This document shows, in pieces, positions 54,137 to 63,431 of a stretch of DNA of 64,000 nt. Made by a program: the position numbers and the translations under genes. Source of the stretch: Dehalococcoidia bacterium (GTDB lineage Bacteria > Chloroflexota > Dehalococcoidia > Lucifugimonadales > UBA3495). Location of the stretch: the NCBI GenBank assembly GCA_030740155.1, contig JASLXV010000067.1:70144-134143 (forward strand). The letters run 5' to 3'. The notes beneath the pieces are model-generated. The model did not search any database. It was not told where the DNA came from and was given only the letters and a program-made list of their open reading frames with translations. Numbering within the stretch: the first letter of the stretch is position 1; the number at the start of each line of letters is the position of its first letter.

Positions 54137-54892
54137 ATGGGCAAAATGGAAGGGCTTGTGGCTATCGTCACCGGGGCCAGCCGCGGCCTGGGCCGGGCCA
54201 TCGCCAAGGAGTACGCCCGGGAGGGGGCTAAGGTGGCCGTTTGCGCTCGGCCCCAGTCTCCCACGGGGCTGGCGGGGAACGTCGAGGAGACCGCCGGGGA
54301 CATCCAGGCCGCCGGGGGAGAGGCCTTTGCCGTGGCCTGTGACGTGGCGGATGAAGCGCAAGTCTCGGAGATGGTCCGGCAAGTGCTCGACCGGTACGGC
54401 CGGATCGACGTGCTGGTGAACAACGCCGGGGTCATGGTGCTGGGCGAGAGCATCCTGGAGATAAGCCCGGCCCAGTGGGACCTGTCCGTCGCAGTCAACA
54501 TGCGGGGGCCGTACCTGACCTGTCGCGCCGTTCTGCCGGCGATGAGGAGCCAGGGCCGGGGCAGCATCGTCAACATCGGCTCCCGGATGGGTAGCGACCA
54601 TACCCGGGGTGGAGGCGTGCTCTACAGCGCCAGCAAGGCGGGCCTGCACATGTTCAGCCTGACCCTGGCCGAAGAGGTGCGCGAGTACAACATCGCGGTC
54701 AACATCCTCAGTCCCGGCTCTTTGAAGAGCGAGGGCTCGGCGGCCATTCCCTGGACCCAGTGGGACTGGGCCGTGCGTGACCTGCCCGAGGTGGTGGGCC
54801 CCAGCGCCGTATACCTGGCGCTGCAGGACGCCCAATTGTTTACTGGAAACCTGGTCTCGCGCGCCGAGTTTGGCAAGACCTGGGGGCTTTAG
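54137..54892 (+). CDS. SDR family oxidoreductase
   Basis: TGASRGLG, NNAG, YSASK. Confidence 0.93.
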   Translation: MGKMEGLVAIVTGASRGLGRAIAKEYAREGAKVAVCARPQSPTGLAGNVEETAGDIQAAGGEAFAVACDVADEAQVSEMVRQVLDRYGRIDVLVNNAGVMVLGESILEISPAQWDLSVAVNMRGPYLTCRAVLPAMRSQGRGSIVNIGSRMGSDHTRGGGVLYSASKAGLHMFSLTLAEEVREYNIAVNILSPGSLKSEGSAAIPWTQWDWAVRDLPEVVGPSAVYLALQDAQLFTGNLVSRAEFGKTWGL

Positions 54893-54984
54893 AAGCCGGC
54901 GAAGCGGCGCCACCTTGACGCCGGGTCCGATTTCATAGAGTATGGGGTAGACAAATCAGAGCTTAGGCTTGAACGGAGGCTGCA

Positions 54985-55167
54985 ATGCCTGACCTGAACC
55001 AGGACGAAATACGGGCGCTGGGCCACGCCGTGGGGCTGGAGATACAGGAGCCGGAGCTTACCGAGGTGATGCACAGCCTCAACGCCCTGCTGGAAGCCCT
55101 GGACCAGATCAACCCTCCGGGGCTGGAAAGTGTCGAGCCTCTGCCCATCATCTTGCCCGCCGCCTAA
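54985..55167 (+). CDS. Small GatC/AtzG-like protein
   Basis: EIRALGHAVGLEI...L.....L....LESVEP pattern; GGAGG RBS. Confidence 0.7.
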   Translation: MPDLNQDEIRALGHAVGLEIQEPELTEVMHSLNALLEALDQINPPGLESVEPLPIILPAA

Positions 55168-55258
55168 GCTGGTCGGTGGCCCGCCGCCGTGAACCCGCAA
55201 TCCGTCCCTCACCCTGAGGGGCGGATGTTTTTTCCTTCCGGAGCCGCGAGATGGGCGC

Positions 55259-56257
55259 CTAGCTCTGGGTAAGCTCTCGCACCGCCTCCATGAACGCGGG
55301 CACCACCTGGTTCCAGTCCCCCACCACGCCGTAGCGCGACTCCTTGAAGATGTTGGCTTCGGAGTCCTTGTTGATCGCGACGATCACCTTGGACCCAGAG
55401 CACCCGGCCATGTGCTGGCTGGCGCCGGAGATGGCAACGGTGATGTAAAGGTCGGGGGTGATGGTCTTGCCGGTGAGGCCCACCTGGTAGGCAACGGGCA
55501 CCCAGCCCGAGTCCACCGCGGCGCGGGAGGCTCCGACTGCGCCACCCAACAGTTTGGCCAGCTCCTCCAGGGGCTGGAAGCCATCGGGGCCGCCCAAACC
55601 GCGGCCGCCGGAAACGACGATTCTGGCGTCTTCGAGTTTGATCCCAGAGGCCTCCTCCTGGACCACTTCCACCACCCGGGTCCGGGCCTGGGAAGCGTCC
55701 AACTCCACCGGGAACGAGACCACCTGGCCCTGACGGGAGGAGTCCGGCTCCAGGGGTTCATACACCTTGGGGCGGACTGCGGCGATCTGAGGGGTGTAGT
55801 CGCAGCTGATGACCGCCACGGCGTTGCCGCCGTAAACCGGGCGGTTGGCCAGCAGCTTCTTGGCTGACACGTCTACCGAGACCTCCAGACAGTCCTGGGC
55901 TAGCCCTACGCCCAGGCGGAACGCGAGCCGCGGGGCCAGGTCCCTGCCCTCGTTGGTTCGCCCGATCAGGACGATATTCGGGCTCGATTCCTTGCAGAGG
56001 GCCTCGATTGCGGAAAGGTAGTGATCGACGTGGTACTCCGCAAGCAGAGGGTTGGTAACTGTGTAGACTTTATCCGCCCCATGGCTGATGGCCTCCGGGG
56101 CGGCCCCTTCCACGCTGGCGCCCAATAGGCCGATGGCCAACTCCTCTCCCAGGTCATCGGCTATCTTGCGGCCCGCCGCCAGCAGTTCCTGAGAGGTTGA
56201 ACTCAGCGCGCCGCCGGCTATCTCCCCAATTACCAGGACTCCCTTTGCCTCTGCCAT
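55259..56257 (-). CDS. etfA: Electron transfer flavoprotein alpha subunit
   Basis: [33 protein letters not shown]. Confidence 0.97.
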   Translation of the reverse strand: MAEAKGVLVIGEIAGGALSSTSQELLAAGRKIADDLGEELAIGLLGASVEGAAPEAISHGADKVYTVTNPLLAEYHVDHYLSAIEALCKESSPNIVLIGRTNEGRDLAPRLAFRLGVGLAQDCLEVSVDVSAKKLLANRPVYGGNAVAVISCDYTPQIAAVRPKVYEPLEPDSSRQGQVVSFPVELDASQARTRVVEVVQEEASGIKLEDARIVVSGGRGLGGPDGFQPLEELAKLLGGAVGASRAAVDSGWVPVAYQVGLTGKTITPDLYITVAISGASQHMAGCSGSKVIVAINKDSEANIFKESRYGVVGDWNQVVPAFMEAVRELTQS

Positions 56258-56370
56258 GGTCGCCTCCACCAGCGATTTGTGTAAACGGTTTCCTCGAAGG
56301 TACCCCTCTCATTCCGCGCCTGCCGGTTGAAGAGCGGGTCTTGTCTAAAGGGCCGGCGTCTGACCGCCGG

Positions 56371-57171
56371 TCAGAGCAGCTTCGCCTCTCGGAGTTTCAA
56401 GGCCAACTGCCGCCCGGCGTCGGCGTCGTTTTCACCCTCGATAATCTCGCAATCCTGGGTGCGTTCCGGCACGAAGAGTTCGTGTAGGGTGACCCTCGAC
56501 TGCAGTTGGGCGGCCTCGATTCCCAAGTCGGCCACGGCCCAGATGGTCGGCCGCTTGCGGGTGGCTGCCATGATGCCTCGAAGGGTGGGATACCGGGGCT
56601 GGCCCAGTTCGTTGCTGACGGTGACCAGGGCGGGCAGTGAAGCCTCCAGCACCTCATAGCCGTCGGGTATAACCCGCTCCGCCACAACCTTCCCGTCGGT
56701 CACATCAACCTTTCGGCAAAGGGTGATGCAGGATAGGCCCAGGATTTCCGCGATGCCCAGCGGCACTTGGGCGTTGTCCCAGTCGGACGCTTGCCGGCCG
56801 CAGATCACCAGGTCGAATCCCTCCAGCTTGCGGATGGCGGCAGCCAAAACCTGGGCAGTGAAGAAGCTGTCCACGGTATTGGCGAAGGCGTCGTCTTGCA
56901 GCAGATAGAGATCGTCGGCGCCCATCGAAAGGGGCTTTTTCATCACGTCCAGGGCGAAGGAAGTTCCGGAGGAGATCACGGTGATGGTTACATCCTGGGC
57001 ATCCTTGATGCGCAGCGCGGCCTCCACGGCGTTCTCGTCAAATCCGTTCACCACGGGAGGGATGTTCGGGGGAGTAACGACCACCTTCGCCGCCGAATCG
57101 ACCCGGAAGGCCGCCATGGGCATCTCGGGATCAATGACCTGCTTGGCGAGCACCGCGATTTTCACTGGCAT
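56371..57171 (-). CDS. etfB: Electron transfer flavoprotein beta subunit
   Basis: KQVIDP, FDENAVEAA, SMGAD, CGRQASD, PRYPTLRGIM. Confidence 0.97.
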   Translation of the reverse strand: MPVKIAVLAKQVIDPEMPMAAFRVDSAAKVVVTPPNIPPVVNGFDENAVEAALRIKDAQDVTITVISSGTSFALDVMKKPLSMGADDLYLLQDDAFANTVDSFFTAQVLAAAIRKLEGFDLVICGRQASDWDNAQVPLGIAEILGLSCITLCRKVDVTDGKVVAERVIPDGYEVLEASLPALVTVSNELGQPRYPTLRGIMAATRKRPTIWAVADLGIEAAQLQSRVTLHELFVPERTQDCEIIEGENDADAGRQLALKLREAKLL

Positions 57172-57207
57172 GCCCCTTCCTCCTCTAGGATCAGTCCCTT
57201 AAAACCG

Positions 57208-57223
57208 TGTGAAACATATCACT
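57208..57223. promoter_or_regulatory. TGTGA-N6-TCACT site (CRP/Rex-like) upstream of etfB
   Basis: TGTGAAACATATCACT. Confidence 0.4.
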
Positions 57224-57385
57224 ATGGGCTGTACCGTGTCAACGAACGGGAAACTGCCCCGCCTCGAGGCAAGCGGCAACCGAATTTTCTCATCGGAGTG
57301 ATATAATTGTACTATATGAGACTACCGCTTGGCCGGTGCGTCGACCATCTCGGCTCGGAAGAATAGCCTGGAGGGCGCTCGAATC

Positions 57386-58234
57386 ATGAACACCGCGAAG
57401 ACCTTCTTCTTGATGATGGCCTTGACCGGCCTGCTCCTGGTCATCGGGGCCATGCTCGGCGGAGAAGCGGGGATCGTCATCGCACTGGCCTTCGCCCTGG
57501 TCATGAACGGGTTCGCGTATTGGTCCAGCGACAAGATCGCTCTCAAGATGGCTCACGCCCACCCGGTGACCGAGCGCGAAGACCCGGAGCTGTACAGCAT
57601 TGTATCCGAGCAGGCGACGCTGGCTGGCCTGCCTATGCCCAAGGTCTACGAGATCGCTTCCGACTCGCCCAACGCTTTCGCCACCGGCCGCAATCCACGG
57701 CACGCCACGGTGGCCGTGACGACCGGCATTCGCCGCATCCTGACCCGGGAAGAGTTGGGTGGAGTGCTGGCCCACGAGATGGCCCACGTGGGCAACCGGG
57801 ATACTCTGATCATGGCGATGGTCGCCACCGTCGCCGGGGCCATCTCCATGCTGGCCTTCATGGCCCAGATTAGCGCCATGTTCGGGGGCATGAGGGGAGG
57901 CAGGGGCGGTGGCGGGAACATAATCGGCCTGCTTATCGTAGCCATCGTCATGCCCCTCGCCGCGGGCTTGATACGGTCGGCTATTTCCCGGACCCGGGAG
58001 TTCCAGGCGGACGCCACCGCGGGACGCATCTCGGGTAACCCCTACGCGTTGGCCAGCGCCCTGGAGAAGCTGGAGATGGGCAGCCGCGCCCGCCCGATGA
58101 AGGTGGCTGAAGGAGCCTCCCACCTGTTCATAGTTAACCCCCTCAGCGGCGCGTCCATGGCCCGGCTGTTTTCAACCCATCCCCCCGTGGTGGAACGGGT
58201 GCGCCGGCTGCGGGAGATGCCGCCCAATTACTGA
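57386..58234 (+). CDS. htpX: Zinc metalloprotease HtpX
   Basis: PNAFATGRNP, HEMAH, SRTREFQAD, FSTHPP. Confidence 0.96.
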   Translation: MNTAKTFFLMMALTGLLLVIGAMLGGEAGIVIALAFALVMNGFAYWSSDKIALKMAHAHPVTEREDPELYSIVSEQATLAGLPMPKVYEIASDSPNAFATGRNPRHATVAVTTGIRRILTREELGGVLAHEMAHVGNRDTLIMAMVATVAGAISMLAFMAQISAMFGGMRGGRGGGGNIIGLLIVAIVMPLAAGLIRSAISRTREFQADATAGRISGNPYALASALEKLEMGSRARPMKVAEGASHLFIVNPLSGASMARLFSTHPPVVERVRRLREMPPNY

Positions 58235-58766
58235 TCAGCGGCCAAATTCGCTCCGGCCCCGGCCTCACCGGCCCCGGCTTCAATGGAGGGTCACCGCGAG
58301 GACAAAAATGGAAAAAGGGCGGCGCTCCGCTGTGGCGGGCACCGCCATTCAATGTCAATCCTCGTGGGGTTCAGCAAGGCTATTGCCGAGCGCCATTGAC
58401 AAGGCGATAGCCCTCGTCAGACCGGTTGTGCCGACCCACTCAAACCGATTCCCCTACCGCCAATCCTCTGCTAACCGCGCCTTAACCGCGTCCCGCGGGC
58501 CGTTTTCGAAGCGATAACCGGGGATTGACTCCCTAAAGAAACCTGCGCCTCGGTTCGAGCAGGGTCTTCCCGCCAGCGGCGTGGTTCAAGCGGCGATTTG
58601 TGCTAGAATCGGCCCGGGACGGGAGTCTGCTGCTGCAGCGAATTCTCTCGTCCGGAATAACTGATGGCAGGGATAGCGCCGGCGGGATTATCCTCTAGCC
58701 CGCATTCACTGGCGGTCAGGGCCACCCCCGTTGCGGCGGCGAATCCCAGGGGAGTCAAAGGTAGAG

Positions 58767-60065
58767 ATGGGCTGCGCAACTTCGATTATCCGGGCCGTGG
58801 CGAGCCTCATTCTGGGAGTCGTCATCTTCTTCGGCTTCATGTTCTGGCTGCTGATGAACAACTTTTCCGACAGACTGCTGGACGCCGAATTCTACAACGA
58901 CACCATCACCGGAGAGGATACCTACAACCGGATTTACGACGAAGTACTGCTGGACGACGAGCTGAAAGAGACCACCAATGATCTGCTGGGCGACATCCAG
59001 GTGGTGACTCACGACGAGATCGTGGGGTTGCTCAAGGCAATCGTCCCGCCCGCCTACGTCCAATCACAGGTTGAGGGCGCCGTCGAGCGGACCGTAGCCT
59101 ATTTCAACGAGGATGTGGATACCCTTGAGCTGTACGTATCGCTGGGGCCACCTCTGGACAATCTCAAACCGGCCCTATTCCGGTTCATCGACGGGCGGAT
59201 TGACGCGCTGGATGAAGAAGACCCGGGCGTCCCGGAGTGCAATGCCCAGCGGGTCAGCCAGGTCTCCGGCCGCTTCGAGGCGACGTGGAGCGAGTTGGCC
59301 CAAGGGGCGGTGCCCAAAACAATCCCATCGCTAAAGGCCTTCACCGAGATATGCCGGCAGTTGATCTTCGACGCGGCCTTTGACCGGGCTATCGATGGAG
59401 TCGCCCTGGACGCGCGGGTCAAGGAAGGCCTGAGGCTCAGCCGGAGCGAGATCCGAGATGAGTTCATCCAGGGTGATACCCGGGGAGTGTTGAAGCAGGC
59501 GGCGCGGCCCCTGGCGACGCCACTGATGGACGACGCCATCGAGGAAATTAGAAAGGAACTGGACGCGAGAGACCGGTTTGACCTGATCCACCGGATAACC
59601 GAGTGGAACGACACTGTTTCCGAAGCTGATCTGCGCTCCGACCTCGATGAGGGCCGAACCTGGATGAACCGGGGCCGCAAGTTCGGAAAACCAGTGGCCC
59701 TGATCATGGTTATCGGCGGGTCGATCCTCATGGGGTTGGTGTATTTCCCCAGTCTGGCCGGCGGGCTGCGCTGGCCCGGCGTCACCCTGGTCATCACCGG
59801 TTTCGTTTTCTTCGTAGTTGGCAGGGTGCTGGCGTCCCGCGTGCCGGACTGGTTGCAGGAGTTGGTTGACCGGGGGGCCGAGGACGTTTCGCAGATTCCG
59901 CAGTCAGTTACCGGTCTGGGCGGTGACCTTCTGGTCTCCTTTGGGAAGCAGCTTACGGAGGGTTTCGCCGCTCCTTCACTGACTCTGCTGGTGGTCGGCG
60001 GCATTCTTGTGGGATCGTCATTCTTCGTGTTCCTGGTGAAGCCTTTCATCCCCGGCGTCAAGTAG
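58767..60065 (+). CDS. Hypothetical membrane protein with large extracytoplasmic helical domain
   Basis: N-terminal TM, long acidic soluble region, three C-terminal TMs. Confidence 0.8.
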   Translation: MGCATSIIRAVASLILGVVIFFGFMFWLLMNNFSDRLLDAEFYNDTITGEDTYNRIYDEVLLDDELKETTNDLLGDIQVVTHDEIVGLLKAIVPPAYVQSQVEGAVERTVAYFNEDVDTLELYVSLGPPLDNLKPALFRFIDGRIDALDEEDPGVPECNAQRVSQVSGRFEATWSELAQGAVPKTIPSLKAFTEICRQLIFDAAFDRAIDGVALDARVKEGLRLSRSEIRDEFIQGDTRGVLKQAARPLATPLMDDAIEEIRKELDARDRFDLIHRITEWNDTVSEADLRSDLDEGRTWMNRGRKFGKPVALIMVIGGSILMGLVYFPSLAGGLRWPGVTLVITGFVFFVVGRVLASRVPDWLQELVDRGAEDVSQIPQSVTGLGGDLLVSFGKQLTEGFAAPSLTLLVVGGILVGSSFFVFLVKPFIPGVK

Positions 60066-60235
60066 GGGAACAGCCGGCCGTTGACCCCTGGGTCTTACTA
60101 AGGGGAGCGCCAGCCTCGGCCGAGGCCCCTCGCCTCGAGATGCGGTGCTGTCCGCGGTGAGCAACTGCCCACCCGCCGCAAGCGACGCGCCACAGGCCCT
60201 TTTCGATCAATCAGTCAACGCGGTTCTTGCGGCGC

Positions 60236-60467
60236 GTCATTCCGAGTAGCGGAGCGACGAGGAACCCAAGCGTAAGAACGGGGTTTCTCGCTCCGCCCGG
60301 AACCGTTCAAGCCCCGATTGAAGCGTGGCACCACGGCCCACGAAGATGGGCACAGCCCTGTCATCCCGAGTCCTTCGCGGGAAGGACGAGGGATCTGGGG
60401 AGGCGGGGGGGGACCCTCACCGCAGATGCTCCGCCGCCGTGGCTGGCTCAGCAGGACACTTTCGGAC
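60236..60467. repeat. Cluster of MITE-like palindromic elements
   Basis: GTCATTCCGAG...GCGACGAGGAACCC plus an inverted copy of 48913-49068. Confidence 0.85.
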
Positions 60468-60681
60468 CAAGTCCCTATGCCGCTTGCGACCGGCACCCCG
60501 AAGTTTGAGAATCGTCCGGCGCTTTTCACTTGGACCCCAGTGAAAGATGAAGGAAGAGGGGCGCGTGCCGCTTCGCCATCGGCGGAGCAGCACGCGCCTT
60601 AATCTCGTCCCCTGGGGAGGGGCGGCCCCGGAGGGCATTTTCGTGCCAATTACACCCGGCAAAAACCGAGTTGGCTGAGGA

Positions 60682-61629
60682 CTAGAACAGGGCTATCGGG
60701 TTAACCGGGGAGCCGGTCACGTTCCGCAAGCGCAATGGCGCCACCGTCAGCATGAACTCGTACCGGTTACGTTGGCGGCAGGCCTCGGCCAACTGTTCCA
60801 GGTCGGCGTTGTCGATCAGCCATAACCCCAAGGTGACCAGGCACATCGTGTGCAAGGGGGACCCCACCAAAGGGTAGTCGCTGGGCCGCACGTCGTTCGA
60901 CGTATCGGTGCCCAGCATGGCCACACCTCGCTCTTTGAACCAAGGAGCACAGGCCACCTGGCAGGCGGTCGCCGGCTCGCTGCCGGGCACCGGCCCTTTC
61001 TCCAGCCGCATGCGATAGTTCCCAGTCCGCACCAGCAAGATGTCCCCTTCTTCTACCTGAACGCCGTGCCGCCGCTCCGCCGCTTCCAGGTCCACCGGCT
61101 TGACGCTGTCGGTCGGGTCCAGCCAGGGCACTCCCCGCGCCGCCGGGATGTCCAGAAGCACTCCCCGCGTCACGATGCCGTCGGCGGCCGGCTCTATCGA
61201 GTGGCTCTGAGCCCCTTCACGGGAGGTGACCAGGCTATGGGGCTTGCCATTGTACATCTTCCCTTCCCAGGAATAGTGGGAAAGGGCGTCCACGTGGGTA
61301 ATGGTCTGGCCGTGAAAGACCATGCCGATGTACTCGGCCGCGCCGCGGCGGGTCTGGAGGCGCTCCAAGGGGTCGGTGTCGCGGCCTTCGCCGCTGTCCA
61401 CCATGAACCGCTGCACTGGGTGGGTAACGTCGGGCGCCGAGCCGGTGACGATGGGCCGGGCGCAGCTAACCGCAATCCCGTCGCGAACCAGTCCCGCCGC
61501 TTGTTTCCGCTTGTCCGGCCCAATCAAGTTCAAACACCCCAATTGGTCGTCGCCGCCCCAACGCCCCCAATTGCTGAGAGAGGACATCCACTCCAACACC
61601 TGGGTTTCGGACGGAATCTCTCCTGCCAT
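60682..61629 (-). CDS. Cyclase family (kynurenine formamidase-like) metal hydrolase
   Basis: NWGRWG.DDQLG, HGQTITHVDA, RGVLLD, GDILLVRTG, GSPVNPIA. Confidence 0.92.
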   Translation of the reverse strand: MAGEIPSETQVLEWMSSLSNWGRWGGDDQLGCLNLIGPDKRKQAAGLVRDGIAVSCARPIVTGSAPDVTHPVQRFMVDSGEGRDTDPLERLQTRRGAAEYIGMVFHGQTITHVDALSHYSWEGKMYNGKPHSLVTSREGAQSHSIEPAADGIVTRGVLLDIPAARGVPWLDPTDSVKPVDLEAAERRHGVQVEEGDILLVRTGNYRMRLEKGPVPGSEPATACQVACAPWFKERGVAMLGTDTSNDVRPSDYPLVGSPLHTMCLVTLGLWLIDNADLEQLAEACRQRNRYEFMLTVAPLRLRNVTGSPVNPIALF

Positions 61630-61818
61630 CGACGTCTCCTCCTGCTTGAAAAGTCTAGCGAGCTGAAAAGCCCGGTGAAAAGCCCGGCTGAAGTCCGGTT
61701 CTGGCCAGGGCCATTGTACGCTGCCGCCTCCGTTTCACCAACCGGCCGGTGCCGGCCTCTTCTCAAATAGAGCCTCGCCTCGGACATACTCCCGGAAACT
61801 GGGCCCCTTCGCAGCTGC

Positions 61819-62760
61819 TCACAGCCGCGCGCCGGCGAAGTGAGGGTGGCCCAGAAGGAACTCAGCGGCCGGCATGGCGCGGCGGCCTTCCACCTGCACG
61901 GTGCGCAATCCCAGGATGCCGTCCCCGGTGCCCACTCCCACAGGGGCATCCCTCGACCCCAGCAGCGTCACTTGGCCTGGAGGAACCGGCGGAGCGCCCG
62001 TCCGAGGCAACGGGGTTACGTCCAGGAGCTTGAGCACCCTGCCCTCCCAGCGAGTGAACAAGCCCGGCCAGGGAGAGTAAGCCCGGCAGCGCCGGTCCAG
62101 CGCCAGTGCAGGGAGCGTCCAATCGGCCTGTCCGTCGGTGCGCTCCAGCTTGCGGGTGGCGGTGGCCCTGGAATCATCTTGGGGTTGGGCCTCGATCCGG
62201 CCCGCCGCCCAGGGCGCCAGGCACCGGAGCAACAGATCCGCTCCCAGTTGGAATAGGGAGGCGGTCAGTGTCTCGGCGGTCTCCCGGCCGGACAGGGGAT
62301 ACCCTTGCTGGGAGATTATAGGCCCGGTGTCCATCCCCTGGTCCAGCAGCATGAGAGTGACCCCGGTGGAAGCCGCGCCCTCGACGATGGCTGTTGCCAC
62401 GGGTGAGGGTCCCCGGTACAGCGGCAGCATTGACGGGTGAAGGTTGAGGCAGCCGTGCGCCGGGGTATCCAGGACCTGGGCCGGCAGCAGCTTGCCGTAG
62501 GCCGCCACCACAATCACGTCGGGTTCGAGACCGGCCAACTCTTGCTGCGCCTGCTCCGAGCGCAAATTCGGGGGCTGGAAAACCCGCAGACCCTGGGCCG
62601 CGGCGTGGCTTTTGACCGGGGGGAACTCCATCGGGCGGCCCCGGCCTTTGGGACGGTCCGGTGGGGTGTACACCCCGACCACCTGAACGTCCGGAGCGGC
62701 GGCCAGGGCTTGCAGGACGGGGACGGCGAAGGACGGCGTTCCCATGAAAACCAGGCGCAT
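61819..62760 (-). CDS. fmt: Methionyl-tRNA formyltransferase
   Basis: FMGTPSFA, PDRPKGRG, AAYG, NLHPSMLP.YRG, GMDTG. Confidence 0.98.
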   Translation of the reverse strand: MRLVFMGTPSFAVPVLQALAAAPDVQVVGVYTPPDRPKGRGRPMEFPPVKSHAAAQGLRVFQPPNLRSEQAQQELAGLEPDVIVVAAYGKLLPAQVLDTPAHGCLNLHPSMLPLYRGPSPVATAIVEGAASTGVTLMLLDQGMDTGPIISQQGYPLSGRETAETLTASLFQLGADLLLRCLAPWAAGRIEAQPQDDSRATATRKLERTDGQADWTLPALALDRRCRAYSPWPGLFTRWEGRVLKLLDVTPLPRTGAPPVPPGQVTLLGSRDAPVGVGTGDGILGLRTVQVEGRRAMPAAEFLLGHPHFAGARL

Positions 62761-62964
62761 TGACCCTCCGGGGGCGAAAGGTGATCCGCGGTTCGGTCGC
62801 GGAGCGGTCGAGGAGGACCCTCAATTGGGATGCCTCCTGGTTCCCGACGGCAGGGACCCTTCACCAAGGCTCCGATTTCGTCGAAGCCATCTCAACCATG
62901 TAGGGGAACTTGAAGAAGGCTAGGGAGCATGTGCGGTTTCCCCTGCGGTGAGCCCTGGTCTGGC

Positions 62965-62994
62965 TTGACATTGTACCAAGGCGATTGCTAGAAT
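62965..62994 (+). promoter_or_regulatory. Sigma70-type promoter with extended -10
   Basis: TTGACA-N18-TAGAAT, TG at 62986-62987. Confidence 0.7.
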
Positions 62995-63037
62995 GCGGAT
63001 ACCGCTTGGCGGAATCTGGCGAAGGAGGTGAGAGTGC

Positions 63038-63109
63038 ATGGATGTAAGTTTAGCACGCAGGGGCGATGGTAGGCATCTGTCTGGACGCGACGAGGTGATC
63101 GTTTCCTAA
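63038..63109 (+). CDS. 23-aa small ORF MDVSLARRGDGRHLSGRDEVIVS
   Basis: AAGGAGGTGA SD at 63022-63031, 6 nt before ATG. Confidence 0.5.
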   Translation: MDVSLARRGDGRHLSGRDEVIVS

Positions 63110-63301
63110 TTACCCTTCGTTAACATACGAGAACCCGTTTGTCGGGCCCAGGCCAATGCTTACCATCGCCCCTACGGATTTGGAAACGCAAAGGGCGAAT
63201 TTACCGCGGATTGGCTGGGCCCGATCCCATTTTAATGATGGCGACGCTCAAGAGTTGACCCGGATTCGGCAAGAACCTTAGAGATATACTCAGAAAACGC
63301 C

Positions 63302-63332
63302 ACCCCGGCTGGACCGGGGTTTTCGTTCGTTT
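63302..63332 (+). terminator. Intrinsic terminator
   Basis: ACCCCGG-CTGGA-CCGGGGT followed by TTTCGTTCGTTT. Confidence 0.75.
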
Positions 63333-63360
63333 GGTGGCCGGTGGAGGCGTGTCGTAAAGA

Positions 63361-63389
63361 TTGACAACCGCGCACCCTCGGCCTAAAAT
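63361..63389 (+). promoter_or_regulatory. rpsP promoter
   Basis: TTGACA-N17-TAAAAT. Confidence 0.75.
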
Positions 63390-63431
63390 TCTCCTAGCAT
63401 AGTTGCCAGCATACGACGTATCGGAGATTGC

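Larger units (their letters stand above)
63001..63332 (+). ncRNA. Candidate structured small transcript (unassigned)
   Basis: Bounded by promoter and terminator; several long complementary segments. Confidence 0.5.

Noticed and set aside
58655..58670. TAACTGATG as a fluoride riboswitch 3' half
   Set aside because: No matching 5' GGCGATGG-type pseudoknot partner and no fluoride-related gene downstream.
63061..63075. GGCGATGG as a fluoride riboswitch start
   Set aside because: Lacks the matching TCGCC stem and downstream CTGATG in the right spacing; the segment pairs at long range instead.
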